64,000 nt of DNA, taken from contig NC_091981.1 of NCBI RefSeq assembly GCF_044704955.1, positions 222,084,001 to 222,148,000 on the forward strand. The letters run 5' to 3'. The translations under genes were made by a program, and so were the position numbers. Source of the DNA: Pristiophorus japonicus (taxonomy: Eukaryota). The notes beneath the pieces are model-generated. The model saw nothing but the letters and a program-made list of their open reading frames with translations. It did no database searches and was not told where the DNA came from. Positions 25,875 to 38,310 of the stretch are shown here, piece after piece (within the stretch, counting starts at the first letter, position 1; every line of letters begins with the position of its first letter).

Positions 25875-26884
25875 CTATCCGTCTCTCCCAATCCTTTGTG
25901 CCCTTTATTTCTCCTTTCTAATGCTATATCCTGGTGCCCATTCCCCTGCCAACTTAATTTAAACTCTCCCCAACAGCAAAAGCATACCTCCCCATGAGGA
26001 TATTTAAAAAAGGGAAATTTAAAAAAATTGTACAAGTGCCAGCACACATTTTTCTCTTTATCGCAAGGAATTCCCGTGAATTGTGGGAGGGGAGGAGACA
26101 GATGGCTGGCAACAGGTGTGTTGGTTAGCTACATTGAATTCAGATGTGGACCTACTAATGTTTATACTGGTGGAAACTCTGACTTCACGGAATTTAGAAA
26201 ATGGTTTTCATTTATTTAGAATGGTCGATATTTACTCGATTCAACATGGTAAACGGGAGGGAATTCACTCATGTCTTTTGATTCAGATCCCATTTGTTAC
26301 ATGATATAAATTATCCCTTGGAAACTTAATGGGGGGCATGGGATGTGAATTTTTAACTTCATTGCCTGGTCAGTAACCAATGTTACCTTTAATTTTTGGG
26401 AGGATGTGCAGCCCCTTTCAGGGGCAGTATGGCTGTTTCAAAATACCGCGCATGCATGGTTTTTCCTCTTTGACAGTCTCTGAGCCAGCTGCGCGGGAGC
26501 TCCGGACGCTGCATGGCCACGCAGCTTTAAAGTTACATTGGCGGTAATCGGATGTAATAGATTGTGCACCCTTGTAGAACCTGCCCAATTTTTGCTCCAT
26601 TGATTTAAATGAATTAAAATCAGCGATTCTGCAATGGGCAGACGATCTGTTCGCCATTTTTACTGCCCAGGCAACAAAGTTGAAAATGACTCCCAATAGT
26701 TCTCTAAAATAGGATATTAAATGGACCCCAATAAAGTCTCTTCTCCTGATGGTATGTCTTCCATTGTCCACAAGATGCGTGCCTCTATACTTAAACCTTT
26801 TGTCTCTTAAGCCTCTCTTTCTCCAAGCCTAGCTTTCCTTCTCCTTGGAAATGTTCTCATGTTTACCCTGACTCTAAGAAACGT

Positions 26885-27626
26885 GGGGCTAGAAATTGGC
26901 CTTGTTTGTGCCCCACGTTAGCATCTCCGGGGGTGGGGGAGGGGTGTTTGCACCCGGGCGAGAGTACCGGCGCCTGCTGCATTTCCCTAGAGGTTTGTGG
27001 TAGCAACCTCTAGCGTCACAATCTCCTGCGCCCGGAGATCGTGATGTCCTCGTGCTACGCATCACCCCGGTAGCGCCCTAGACCCGAACTTCGGTTCCGT
27101 CTCCTGCAGCATCGTTGGGCGACAACACCGACAGCTGCAGGAGGCGTTTTTAGGGAGGCCGGACGCATGGGATGTGCTATTTAAAGGGGATGATGGTTGC
27201 GTCATTGAAGAAAGTTTCCTAATTGATTACTTTAATTTTTCATAATTTTCTTCGGCTACGATAAAGCCTACCTGCACTTTGCTAGAGTGCTTGGGGCTGG
27301 TCATCGCAGATCGCGGCTGTGTTGGTGAAGAGGGACCTTGTTTCAATGCAGAGCCTGCAGCAATGGTCCTTCCCTTTAAGGGAGGGAAGGAGCCTCCGTT
27401 ACCGGCAGTGCTGCTCTCGATATTGGGCAGCGCTGCACCACTACCTCCCCTATTGCTGGCTTTATTGCTCCAAAGGAAGTGGTAGCACTTGATTTAGTGC
27501 TCCACTTCCTTCCTGGAGCGCTAAACCGGAAGTTCGCATCAGAGTCCCTCGCACAGTACCCGGTGATACTTTTGAGCTACCGCAAAATTTATCGCCCCAA
27601 ATGGGGCGCTAAGCAATTTCTCAACC
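26885..27626. mobile_element. GC-rich Harbinger-type MITE
   Basis: Ends ggggctagaaattg / caatttctcaacc; internal blocks shared with 16338 and 34826. Confidence 0.75.
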
Positions 27627-28171
27627 ATGATCCTTCTAACTTTTGTTCTGTTGTCTTTGGATCAGTATTGTCTAAAGTATGTAAGCTGCTGTTAACTCAC
27701 AATTATTAGTCATACTTTGGCTTAATCTGAATCTGCCAATATACTTTTTCGAACGATCTTGCTACTACTAGTGATCTAGTTGTCTGGATTTCTACTTTTG
27801 AACACCTTGATGTACAATTGCCTTGTACATCAGCTAGTTTCCTCTCAAATCACTCAATCTGTGTTGTACATCATAGCTCATCATCTCATCTTTATTCCAT
27901 GAACTTTGGAGTTCCCTAGTGCTCTGCCCTCTTTCACACTCTCTTCATTCTTCCCATCAATGATCTTCTCCACTCATCATTCAACTCTAATAATTTTAAT
28001 GCTGATGTCTCCATTCCACATTTGTCAATGTCTTTCAGATCGCACTCACTCAATGCTCACAATCTCCAGTCCCTTTGCAATGCAGTGAGTGATGCACTGC
28101 ATTTTAATCTCCTCTGTGTCTTTCAACGGAGAAATTAAAATCTTGTTTCTTTCAATTCTTCAAGAACATGA

Positions 28172-28320
28172 GCCAGGAATTTCTTTGGGCTGCTCCAATG
28201 TCGTAACTTTTCTAGAAGTGCGCCGGTAACCCAATTTACGTGCTTGAACAGGATTTCTGAGGCACTTCTGGCAATATCACAGCGATGGAGCAGGAGCAGC
28301 TCTGAGAAGATTCTCGGCCA
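28172..28320. mobile_element. Short palindromic MITE-like element (relatives at about 39467-39560 and 39678-39828)
   Basis: Imperfect inverted ends gccaggaatttctttgggctgctcc / gagcagctctgagaagattctcggcc. Confidence 0.5.
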
Positions 28321-29419
28321 TGGTTCTTTATGTCTCTCACAAGTCTAACCAATGGTTACCACTTATCTTCCTCACTCTTAGTCCTTCTTCACCTTTTGAC
28401 ACTATTGGTTTCAGCATTTCCTCTCACCTCAAATTAAACTTCCACATAATTAAAGCTGCCTCCAAGTAGCACAAGCCACAATTTTAACCAGTAGCAAGTT
28501 GGAGGCTGGGGGGGATGTCGGGTCCATGTCTGAAGCTCTCTAGTAAAGGCATTGGAGGGCACTGCCACTTTCCAAAGAGACAGTGACATTTGCGCCCACT
28601 CCTTACAGCCCACTAAAGTTGGGTCCAAGCTCAAAGATCGGTGTCATCACAGACCTAATACTCCCAATGAGATGTTGGAAGTGATTGTTCAAAGCATTTT
28701 TTGAAGTATTCGTAGCTACCACTCCACAAGCTACAAAGCCCTTACAAGCTCTTCCTAGCATTTTGAAGCAGCAACAATTTTACAGGCTGTCACAGTCTGC
28801 AGGATCTTTTGCAGATCGTTAGAAACTTCCTGCAGATGCAGATAATGGACTCCTTACACTTATTCATCATCTCAAATATACGTTGGGGAAATTGTTTCCA
28901 CATGAGATTGATACTCCCCAATCATAGCCTCTTTTGACACTGGACCCCTGAGATCTGGATTCCTAAGTCTCCTCAGCTGAGGACATTGTATGCAAAGAGA
29001 AATGGACCTACCACCTGACTCAGGGGACCAGTCTGGCCACCCAGAGCTAAGCCCAGAGAAACATTGCTGCAACCACAGTGACATTTTATATGGGACGGTA
29101 AATCATTCCCCACCAATTATTGGGGCATTACTGCTATGTTTCCACTGGGCGGGAGCCTTGAAATTTCAATCCAATTGTACACAGGTCTGATATTGCAGTA
29201 AAATAGATAATGCTCAATTATATAAATGTAACATGTATATAAAGTGGCTTCAGTGTACGTCATGATATTATGACACCATGCCGCATACTGGATTCTGAGC
29301 TGTTGCATTGACTACAAGTGCTACATTAGAACCATCACAATCTTACTCCACCACGTTCAACTACATTGGGTGGGACTTGGTGGAGACGGAACAGTGAAAC
29401 AGATCAAGATTTGATTGGT

Positions 29420-29680
29420 CGATACAACAATGGGAACAGCACCACCTCCAGGTTCCCTTCCAAGTTACACACCAATCTGACCTGGAAATATATCGCCGTT
29501 CCTTCATTGTCGCTGGGTCAAAATCCTGGAACTCCCTCCCTAACAATACTGTGGGAGTACCTTCACCACACGACTGCAGCAGTTCAAGAAGATGGCTCAC
29601 CATCACCATCTCTATGGCAATTAGGAATAGGCAATAAATGCTGGCCTTGCCAGCGACGCCCACGTGAATGAATTAAAAAC
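29420..29680 (+). mobile_element. 3' end of a CR1-group (Crack/Daphne-like) LINE
   Basis: Homologous to the reverse complement of about 56450-56710. Confidence 0.75.
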
Positions 29681-31529
29681 AAATTGTGCTGCATTTATAT
29701 TGTAATGGCATAAATGTGGTACACAAAAGCACATAACGAGAGCTGCAGGACAAACAAGTTAGTTTCTGGTGCCCTTCAATAGACACACGTTATTTCCCTG
29801 GCCATGTTACAGTCTATCAGTCCATTAATCTTTGCCAAAGTTCTTCTTACAGTCCACAAATTAGTTTAAAATAGTAGAATTCACTTCTGATTTATTACCA
29901 TCGCAAGTATATACGATCAACACCGAACATGAGCTTGGTCCCTCAACCTATGTAAAGGAAAGTGAATAAATATTCTTAAATTGTGCCCTAATGGAATCCT
30001 ATTAAAACCATATCCCAAAGGACCAGCTAGAATATTTAAAGGACTCCACTTGCATGCCTCCTTGATTTATAACCTCTCATATGGCACATCATTGTTTGTG
30101 GTTCCTTTCCTAATAGAGAGCCCATCTACACACCCAATTTATAAAGCATCCTTCACCCTACGCTTTTTACGTGGTTTCCAAACACTATACAGTCCTACAC
30201 TTCCTGTTAGTATCGGCACATCAATCACGTACTTTTAATTGAAAAGTGCAGCGTGGTGAACATTGCCATCAAACGTGATTAGAAAGAGAACGTTTCTTTT
30301 TTTTTTAAGGAATAAGGCTAAGGGCTGTATTTATTTATCAATTTTGAATGCTTTAGATACTGCACAGGTTTTGAAAATAGGATCTATTGCATAAATGTTA
30401 AATTTTTATTTGATGTAAAAAATGAAATTGATGGAGTGAAGCTGTGCGTCCATACATAGACGATACAAATCGCATGTGGTGAGAAATATTTCCAACGTGA
30501 ACCTAATTAAAATTTTGTGAGAATTTGTTATAAAGCTGCACATGAATAAAATGGATGTAAACTATTGGAAGCATGTTTCATTGAAACTGTGTTGTTTTAA
30601 TTACATTTTACAATGTAATTTTCACTGTGGGATGGAAAAGATCTAGCTAGAGAGAAAGATTTATTATTAACAGAAATAATCCAACTTGCTGGGAAGAAGA
30701 TCAGAGGAATTTACAACCACAAATCATACAATACAGTGTAACTGATAGGTCGCTGTTCCCTTCCATGGCTCTAGTTTTGCTGATCGGCCCTACTTTTATG
30801 GGAGGCAAGTGACACCCTCGGGTGTCAGTGCAATGAGCCGCTCTCCCGGAAGTAGACCCTGGAAGACCACCTATCATTTTCCCACTTACAGGCACAGGCT
30901 ACACGTCACCTATTCAGATTGGCATGTATCCCACAAATGATTTATTTTCCTGTTTGTTGTGGAAGTTTGTGTACTTTGCCAGAATATATGGCCGCACATC
31001 CTTGTTGCTAAATTTGAGAGCTGTGTTTATATCGCTCCCCATGGTGGATTTTATGGCTCTGGCAAATAAGCAAATCTTGGTCCACTGGCCTCCCTGAGTT
31101 GCTGTCCAGAACGGTTGGATTCTGGAGCATGACCAGAACATGTGTCAAAGTGTGCCTTTCAGGTCTCAGCCCTCCCAATCTTCCTCTGCTAAAAATGGAA
31201 TGAAATTTATGGGGTTTACAGTGTTTGTGGAATCTGCACGGCATGTGGTATTTTTTTGGATCATTTTTGGTTTTCCTGTATTTTGCTACATGCAGAGCTC
31301 ATCAACCTTTGTTTCCAAACTTCTCCCCACTGATCATCTCGGCAGGTGAGATCTTTCTTACTTGTGGAAACTAAGCTCTAGGAGAGAAAGATTGATTTAC
31401 CCTGGAGTTTGCAGAACTGGCTGCTATTAGTAAGGTCAGTTTCGTCAGGTAGATCTAACAAGGTACACATCATTTTAGAAAGGGAAAATCTTGTGTTGCC
31501 TTGTCCAACTAATCACAGAGCATCATTAA

Positions 31530-31660
31530 TACAAAAGCAAAATACTGCGGATGCTGGAATCAGAAATAAAAACAGAGAATGCTGGAAATCTCAGTGGGTC
31601 AGGCAGCATCTGTGGAGAGAAAAACAGAGTCAACGTTTCAGGTCAACAACCCTTTGTTGG
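31530..31660 (-). mobile_element. Penelope-like terminal repeat fragment with a decayed hammerhead core
   Basis: Same family as 53615-53815; the core reads ccaacaa..gaaacgtt instead of ctgatga..gaaacgtt. Confidence 0.6.
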
Positions 31661-32025
31661 TGGCAGTTGAATAAAAGGCCATTGTCAGGACATACTGAGG
31701 TTATGTGAAGTAAGGAGATTCGCTGGGGGTAAATATTAATGCATTGGATTATAGATAGACTGACACATTATTTTAGATGTATTTGTTCTAACTCTTGGCA
31801 TTTAGCCAACCAGCATATGTTTAAGCAATTTCCTTGGCTACACTACGAGAAGGACCAGAGAGCCTAATTCTTGTATCAAGTTGGGTCTGAGTCTTGATAC
31901 TGGTTAAGGAACAATTTAAATATTGTTTACAGCATTAGGTTGATCCTTATAGTTCTTATAACTAATACAAAACTTTAAAACTAAATGGTAGCCTTTATCA
32001 TTATAACCATTCTTTTGTCACACAG

Positions 32026-32093
32026 GCACACATTCTCCTAGACTGCGGAGACGACAATGTTTGCATCCCAGCGCTTAAACTTGCAGCTACCCC
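32026..32093 (+). CDS. ITGA8: Integrin alpha-8-like exon D (genu), 68 nt
   Basis: cacag acceptor, gtaagt donor. AHILLDCGDDNVCIPALKLAATP is the genu CG.DN.C motif. Confidence 0.95.
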
Positions 32094-32337
32094 GTAAGTT
32101 GAAAATTATATATGCAGTACATTTCCCTAAAGATTATCAGCATTTAAGCTTTACAGCCAAATATTTGGGCTTTCATCATGACAGATTTGTGATAATTTTT
32201 ATTGTCAGTAAGAGACCAAAGGAATGATATCTTTACCATCTGTGGAGTTTATTTACGATTGGTAGCATCCTGCCAGTTTGGCTAGGAGAAGATAAAGATT
32301 AAAATGCATTGATGCTTCACCTTTTTGTGCCTCACAG

Positions 32338-32485
32338 TGATAGACATCAGCTAATAATTGGAGATGAAAACCCTCTCACTTTAATCATAAATGGGAAGAA
32401 TGAAGGGGAAGGAGCATATGAAGCAGAACTCAGTGTCATAATACCACCGGAAGCAGATTATATTGGTGTTATTCGCAACAATGAG
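32338..32485 (+). CDS. ITGA8: Integrin alpha-8-like exon E (calf-1), 148 nt
   Basis: ctcacag acceptor, GAG|gtaat donor. [49 protein letters not shown]. Confidence 0.95.
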
Positions 32486-33398
32486 GTAATAGAACTGAAG
32501 GCACAATGTCTACTTAGTTTGGGTAGGTGTATTTTTGAAGATTGTCAAATAATAATTCTAAATAGACTTTTTAGACAAAAAGCTTGCAAGTGGCTCAGAG
32601 TTGATGACAGTTATAAGGTCAAAATTGGGGACCTTTTTTCCCCCCAAGAATCCCTCTTATTGTTACTGTTTGAAGTGCAACATAAAATCAATTGGGTATG
32701 TGTAATTGATAGTGAAGAAATATGAAGAAGCATGTCAAATTGAACTGCAGCGCAGATTGTTAATGGAATTGTGCCTTTCCAAGTTCAGGAATTGAATTTC
32801 AAGAATAATGATGAAGCTACTACAATGTGACAATGGTTTGCTTCAAGCCATCCCTTTGTATTAACTTACCATGTTTGAAATATGCACAGTGTCAACTATC
32901 ATAGCCCTTTCAAAATAAAGTTTAACACGTAAGTATAGCTTTAGTACATATAAGGGCTAACAATATAATGTTTGACACTCTGTGTTTTCCAGTGGTGTCA
33001 GGCTTTGTAGGATATGGAGGCCTGCAAAGTTCCTGTGGTACAGAGAGCCTGCACACCTGTGTGTGCTCGGCGCTTTAATGCCCTGAAAAAGATTCAAATT
33101 AGGACTAGACCTCAGAATGAAGTTTGGGCACCTGAGCAGTACACCAGATACTCAAAGCTGATATAAAATGGACATTACTTGGGAGGCCCCTTGCCTCCAT
33201 GTTGATCTTTTGCTCTTAATATACTTATTTTTTTGGACATACTGGGAATAGTTGTTGCATTTGTTTCCGCCTATTCCCCTGTTTCTTTGCTGTTTAGTGG
33301 GAATGAATTTACAGGCACTTCTTAGAACTGCATCCATCCGCTATCAAAGCCTGTTTCCCCAGGGAGCTGTCATTGTGCGCTGCTTATATAGGAACTAT

Positions 33399-34818
33399 AG
33401 GCAGGTAACTATAGGCCGGTTAGTTTAACATCTGTAGTGGGGAAAATGCTTGAAGTTATCATTAAGGAAGAAATAGCGGGACATCTAGATAGGAATAGTG
33501 CAATCAAGTAGACGCAACATGGATTCATGAAGGGGAAATCATGTTTAACTAATTTACTCGAATTCTTAGAGGATATAACGAGCATGGTGGATAGAGGTGT
33601 ACCGATGGATGTGGTGTATTTGGATTTCCAAAAGGCAGTCAATAAGGTGCCACACAAAAGGTTACTGCAGAAGATAAAGGTACGCAGAGTCAGAGGAAAT
33701 GTATTAGCATGGATAGAGAATTGGCTAACTAACAGAAAGCAGAGAGTCGGGATAAATGGGTCCTTTTCGGGTTGGGAATCGTTGGTTAGTGGTGTGCCAC
33801 AGGGATCGGTGCTGGGAGCACAACTGTTTACAATATACATGGATGACCTGGAAGAGGGGACAGAGTGTAGTGTAACAAAATTTGCAGATGAGACAAAGAT
33901 TAGTGGGAAAGCGGGTTGTGTAGAAGACACAGAGAGGCTGCAAAGAGATTTAGATAGGTTAAGCGAATGGGCTAAGGTTTGGCAGATGGAATACAATGTC
34001 GGAAAATGTGAGGTCATCCACCTTGGAAAAAAAAACAGTAAAAGGGAATATTATTTGAATGGGGAGAAATTACAACATGCTGCGGTGCAGAGGGACCTGG
34101 GGGTCCTTGTGCATGAATCCCAAAAAGTTAGTTTGCAGGTGCAGCAGGTAATCAGGAAGGCGAATGGAATGTTGGCCTTCATTGCAAGAGGGATGGAGTA
34201 CAAAAGCAGGGAGATCCTGCTGCAACTGTACAGGGTATTGGTGAGGCCGCACCTGGGGTACTGTGTGCAGTTTTGGTCACCTTACTTAAGGAAGGATTTA
34301 CTAGCTTTGGAGGGGGTACAGAGACGATTCACTAGGCTGATTCCAGAGATGAGGGGGTTACCTTATGATGATAGATTGAGTAGACTGGGTCTTTACTCGT
34401 TGGAGTTCAGAAGGATGAGGGGTGATCTTATAGAAACATTTAAAATAATGAAAGGGATAGACAAGATAGAGGCAGAGAGATTGTTTCCACTGGTCGGGGA
34501 GACTAGAACTAGGGGGCATAGCCTCAAAATACGGGGGAGCCAATTTAAAATCGAGTTGAGAAGGAATTTCTTCTCCCAGAGGGTTGTGAATCTGTGGAAT
34601 TCTCTGCCCAAGGAAGCAGTTGAGGCTAGCTCATTGAATGTATTCAAATCACAGATAGATAGATTTTTAACCAATAAGGGAATTAAGGGTTATGGGGAGC
34701 GGGCGGGTAAGTGGAGCTGAGTCCACGGCCAGATCAGCCATGATCTTGTTGAATGGCGGAGCAGGCTCGAGGGGCTAGATGGCCTACTCCTGTTCCTAAT
34801 TCTTATGTTCTTATGTAC
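33399..34818 (+). mobile_element. Young CR1 LINE, 1.42 kb, 5'-truncated, with 397 open RT codons (33527-34720)
   Basis: YLDFQKA, GVPQGSVLG, FADETK (catalytic DD changed to DE); (ttcttatg)n tail; TSD gaactat at 33392-33398 and 34819-34825. Confidence 0.95.
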
Positions 34819-34825
34819 GAACTAT

Positions 34826-35937
34826 GGCCTAGAAATTGGCCTCGTTAGCACCTCCCATAATTGCCTCTGGGAGGGGGGGTGGGGTGTGATTACGGGGCGC
34901 TAACCAGATACCGAACGGGTGCGGCAATAACGTCAACGAGATTAATTCCTGGGAAGAGAGGGCTGTCTTATGATGAGAGTTTGTGTAGAAAGGGCCTATA
35001 CTCTTTGGAGTTTAGAAGAATGGGAGGTGATCTCATTGAAACATACAATATTCGAAAGGGAATTGACAGGATAGATGCTGAGAGGTTGTTTCCCCTGGCA
35101 GGAGTGTCTAGAACTAGGGGGCACAGTCTCAGGATAAGGGGTAGGCCATTTAAGACAGAGGAGGAATTTCTTCACTCAGAGGGTTGTGAATCTTTGGAAT
35201 TCTCTGTCCCAGAGGGCTGTGGATGCTGAGTCTCTGAATATATTCAAGGCTGAGATAAATAGATTTTTGGAGTCTAGGGGAATCAAAGGATATGGAGATT
35301 GGCCGGAAAAGTGGAGTTGAGGTCGATGATCAGCCATGATCTTATTGAATAGCGGGGCAGGCTTGAGGGGCTATAAGGCCTACTCCTGCTCCTATTCCTT
35401 ATGTTCTTATGACTCCCGCCATATTCGGCGGGGGATTTGCAGCGGCGGTACGGCGTTGCGCCTCGATCTCCTTCGCCCGGAGATCATGATGTCATCACCA
35501 TGCTCATCTCCCCGGTAGTGCCCCAGACCCGAACTTGGGTTCCGCCCCCTTCAACATAGCTGGGCAAAAATACCGACGGCTGCAGGAGAAGTCCATTGGG
35601 AGGCCGGGCGCATCGGGGGCGATGATTAAAGGCAAGGTGGCTGAGGTAAATTCCAAACAAAATTAACTGCTCTCTTTCAGGTTAGTTGCCGCTCTTTGCC
35701 TGTGATCGATCAGCCCATCATGGTGCTTCAGTGCACCCGGCTGATCGGGCCGGATCACGGCTGCCGTCAGGGAGAAGGTAAGTTTTTATTTTGCAGAGCC
35801 TGCAGCAATGGCCCTTCCCTTTAAGGGAGGGAAGCAGCCTTTCAACATGGCAGCACTCCACGGCCCAGCCTGGCGCTAATTTTTTTATACTTTTAAAAGT
35901 TAGCGCCCCAATTGGGATGTTCCCGAATTTTTCCCCT
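34826..35937. mobile_element. Harbinger-type MITE containing a CR1 3' fragment (about 34934-35411)
   Basis: Ends ggcctagaaattgg / ccgaatttttcccct, TAT on both sides; CR1 YSLEFRRM.GDLIETY motif and cttatgttcttatg tail inside. Confidence 0.8.
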
Positions 35938-36156
35938 TATGATTCGATACGGGCATCCCACTCTACAGGTTCTGGAGGAGGAGGAAAATACTTGGTTTTT
36001 ATGTGATTTTATGTGATGCCCAGAGTCTTTAAAACTTAAATGATAAAACTCTGACCCCAGCTAAACATTTGTATATATGAATTTTGCAGAGAAGAAATGC
36101 CTTTCTGAATGTGTAAAATGCTTAAGGTTTGTGTCACCCTGTTATTTGTTCCCCAG

Positions 36157-36249
36157 GCACTGAGCAAGCTAAGCTGCGCCTATAAAGTGGATAATTCAAC
36201 TCAAATGGTTGTCTGTGACCTGGGGAACCCCATGACAGCTGGAACCAAT
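36157..36249 (+). CDS. ITGA8: Integrin alpha-8-like exon F (calf-1), 93 nt
   Basis: ccccag acceptor, gtaagt donor. [31 protein letters not shown] contains the CDLGNPM motif. Confidence 0.95.
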
Positions 36250-36329
36250 GTAAGTAAAAACAAAATGACTTTTCTGAATTGTATAATGTTATTTATGTAC
36301 AGTGGAAATGGTCACCCATTGCGAATGTA

Positions 36330-37568
36330 TGTAGAATTTGCGGTCAGCGGCGAAGCAAAGTCGTTTGCCGCTGGCCCCAAAACAAGCTTCACACAAAGAT
36401 CTCGCAAGACATTCACTTCAAATCAACAGAATATAGTGAGGATCCCCTACTGCGAGCTGCTGTGATGCCAACATGCTGCCTAAGCAGCCAATGAAAAAGC
36501 AGAATTGTCACAGGCAGCGAACCAGGAAGTGAGTAAGCTCTTAAAATTCTAACCTTTTAAAAAATATTAGAGAGAGCAAAAGAAGGATGGGGGCTCTCAC
36601 ATGGGCCAAAGGCAAACCTGAAATAAAGATGAACAAACCTTGGGTCAGTTTCAATGGCAAAATGCTGGTGAACACTGCCAGTTGGCCATCACCCTGACCG
36701 CAATTTCTGGTCGATTGAAAAAAGGAGAAAGCCATCATTCAACTGCAGTTCTGAGGGTTGTTATTTAAAAAAAGGTTAACGTATTGGAATTATATTTCAA
36801 TGATCAGGTTAATTCCTGCACTAAAATACCAGAGAGAGGCGTTTTAGACAAATGCTTTAAACATTTTTAAAATATGTAATTTCAGGGCTAATATCCTGGA
36901 ATTTTCAGTCAGCGGTAAAGCAAAGGTATTTGCCGCTAGCCCTGAAGTAAGCTTCCCACAAAGATCCCGCGATCTCTGTGGCGAGAAGGTTGGCTTTTCT
37001 GACGCATAATTGAAATCAACACAGGCTAATGGGGAATCCCTAACGCGAGCTGCTGTGAATTCTCACAGAGTGAACCAGGAAGTGGGTAAGCTTCTTTGTT
37101 TCTAACTTGTTAAAAATGTTAAAGAGAGTAAAACAAAGATGGAGGCTCTCACATGGGGAAAAGAAAAAACTGAAATAAAGATGAACAAACTTTAAAAAAA
37201 ATGTTTTAAAATTTTATTAAAATGGATAAATTTGACACTCCATAAAATTAGAATTTGTTTTTAAGGGCCATAACCTTTGTTTAGTAGTCAATGCGCTATC
37301 AAAACCCCAGTTATACCTAAACCAAAAGGATATTTAATAGCAGTATTACTATGGAAGAGCTGAAGTTTTGGTCAATTTTCATGAATACACTGATTGCTGA
37401 TTCTGTAGAGAGGGGGGGTCACAGCACAGTCTGTGGAGGGCCAATGAATTACAGACCGCAACTTCAGGATTTCTGTGTTAGGCTGTGAATGTGCTAAATC
37501 CTGAAGTTGTGGTCATTTTCAATGGCTAAATGTCAATTCGCCGTCAACAGGACCGCAAGTTCCGAGCC
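36330..37568. mobile_element. Two adjacent copies (about 36330-36720 and 36893-37568) of a second MITE family
   Basis: Both begin gaattt..gtcagcgg..aagcaaag, and share gaaccaggaagtg.gtaagc and ctgaaataaagatgaacaaac; right end gaccgcaagttccgagcc. Confidence 0.65.
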
Positions 37569-37854
37569 ATTGTGTTGGTATCAATTGCATCATCACATCA
37601 CTTGAGACTGATATCACAAACTGGCACACAGCTTCTCTGTTCAAAAGCAAGAAATCAGTTTGGCAAACAATTTTTCATATAACTGTGTCCTTTATTAATG
37701 CAGCCTTCATGATAATATGCCATGCGTTTTTATGACACACGAACTAAGCTTAACTAGCAATTGTTTAATGTCCTCAGGCTGTATATCCAATCAAAATATT
37801 ATCTGCTCAGTACTGTTTTGCAACACAGTGACTCCAAACAAGTACAAGGGTGAA

Positions 37855-38310
37855 CACAGGGTGGGGGGTTGGGAGGGGTTGGGGACTCAAGGGGGTGAAG
37901 AGATCGTGGGCCGGGAGGACCATTGGTGGGGGAGGGGGGGGGGGCAGTTGCAGGGGTGGTGGTGTGAAGAGATTGCGGGCCGGGAGGACCATGGGCAAGG
38001 GTGTGTGAAAAGATCGCAGATAGGGACATCGCGGGCCAGAAGGATCAAAGAGGAGGGTGTCAGCAAAGATTACTAGCAGGAGGAGTGGGCTAGACCTTGT
38101 GGTGGCGAGTGGACGCCGGGAGGGGGGCCTCATAGTGGGGATCGAAAGCCTCGGTGGGGGGGGGGGAGGGTGTAGGGGAGGATCTCAGGCCTGATGGGAG
38201 GTGGGGTATAGGAGGCGTGGGGGATCCAATTGGTGGCCGGTGGGTTGATCGTAGGCTTTATGGGGGGGGGGGTCTCCAATTGCGGTGGGTGGGTTAGAGC
38301 ACTGGGAGCG
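37855..38310 (+). repeat. G-rich low-complexity region, probably a MITE interior
   Basis: Many GGG+ runs and the duplicated unit gagat.g.gggccgggaggaccat. Confidence 0.6.

Noticed and set aside
28872-29084. Second Harbinger transposase remnant
   Set aside because: Only a faint LRNP...SH resemblance; not enough to support a call.
32309-32725. 138-aa single-exon gene (likewise 36109..36465 and 4810..5277)
   Set aside because: Only the splice-bounded cores are integrin-like; the rest is intron read-through.
22747-34017. Two near-identical 202-aa ORFs (22747..23355 + and 33409..34017 -) as a duplicated gene
   Set aside because: Both are the antisense frame of the same young CR1 RT.
33527-34720. 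Functional or domesticated reverse transcriptase
   Set aside because: 5'-truncated, has an upstream in-frame stop, catalytic motif reads FADE, and has a TSD and tail; the open frame reflects youth.
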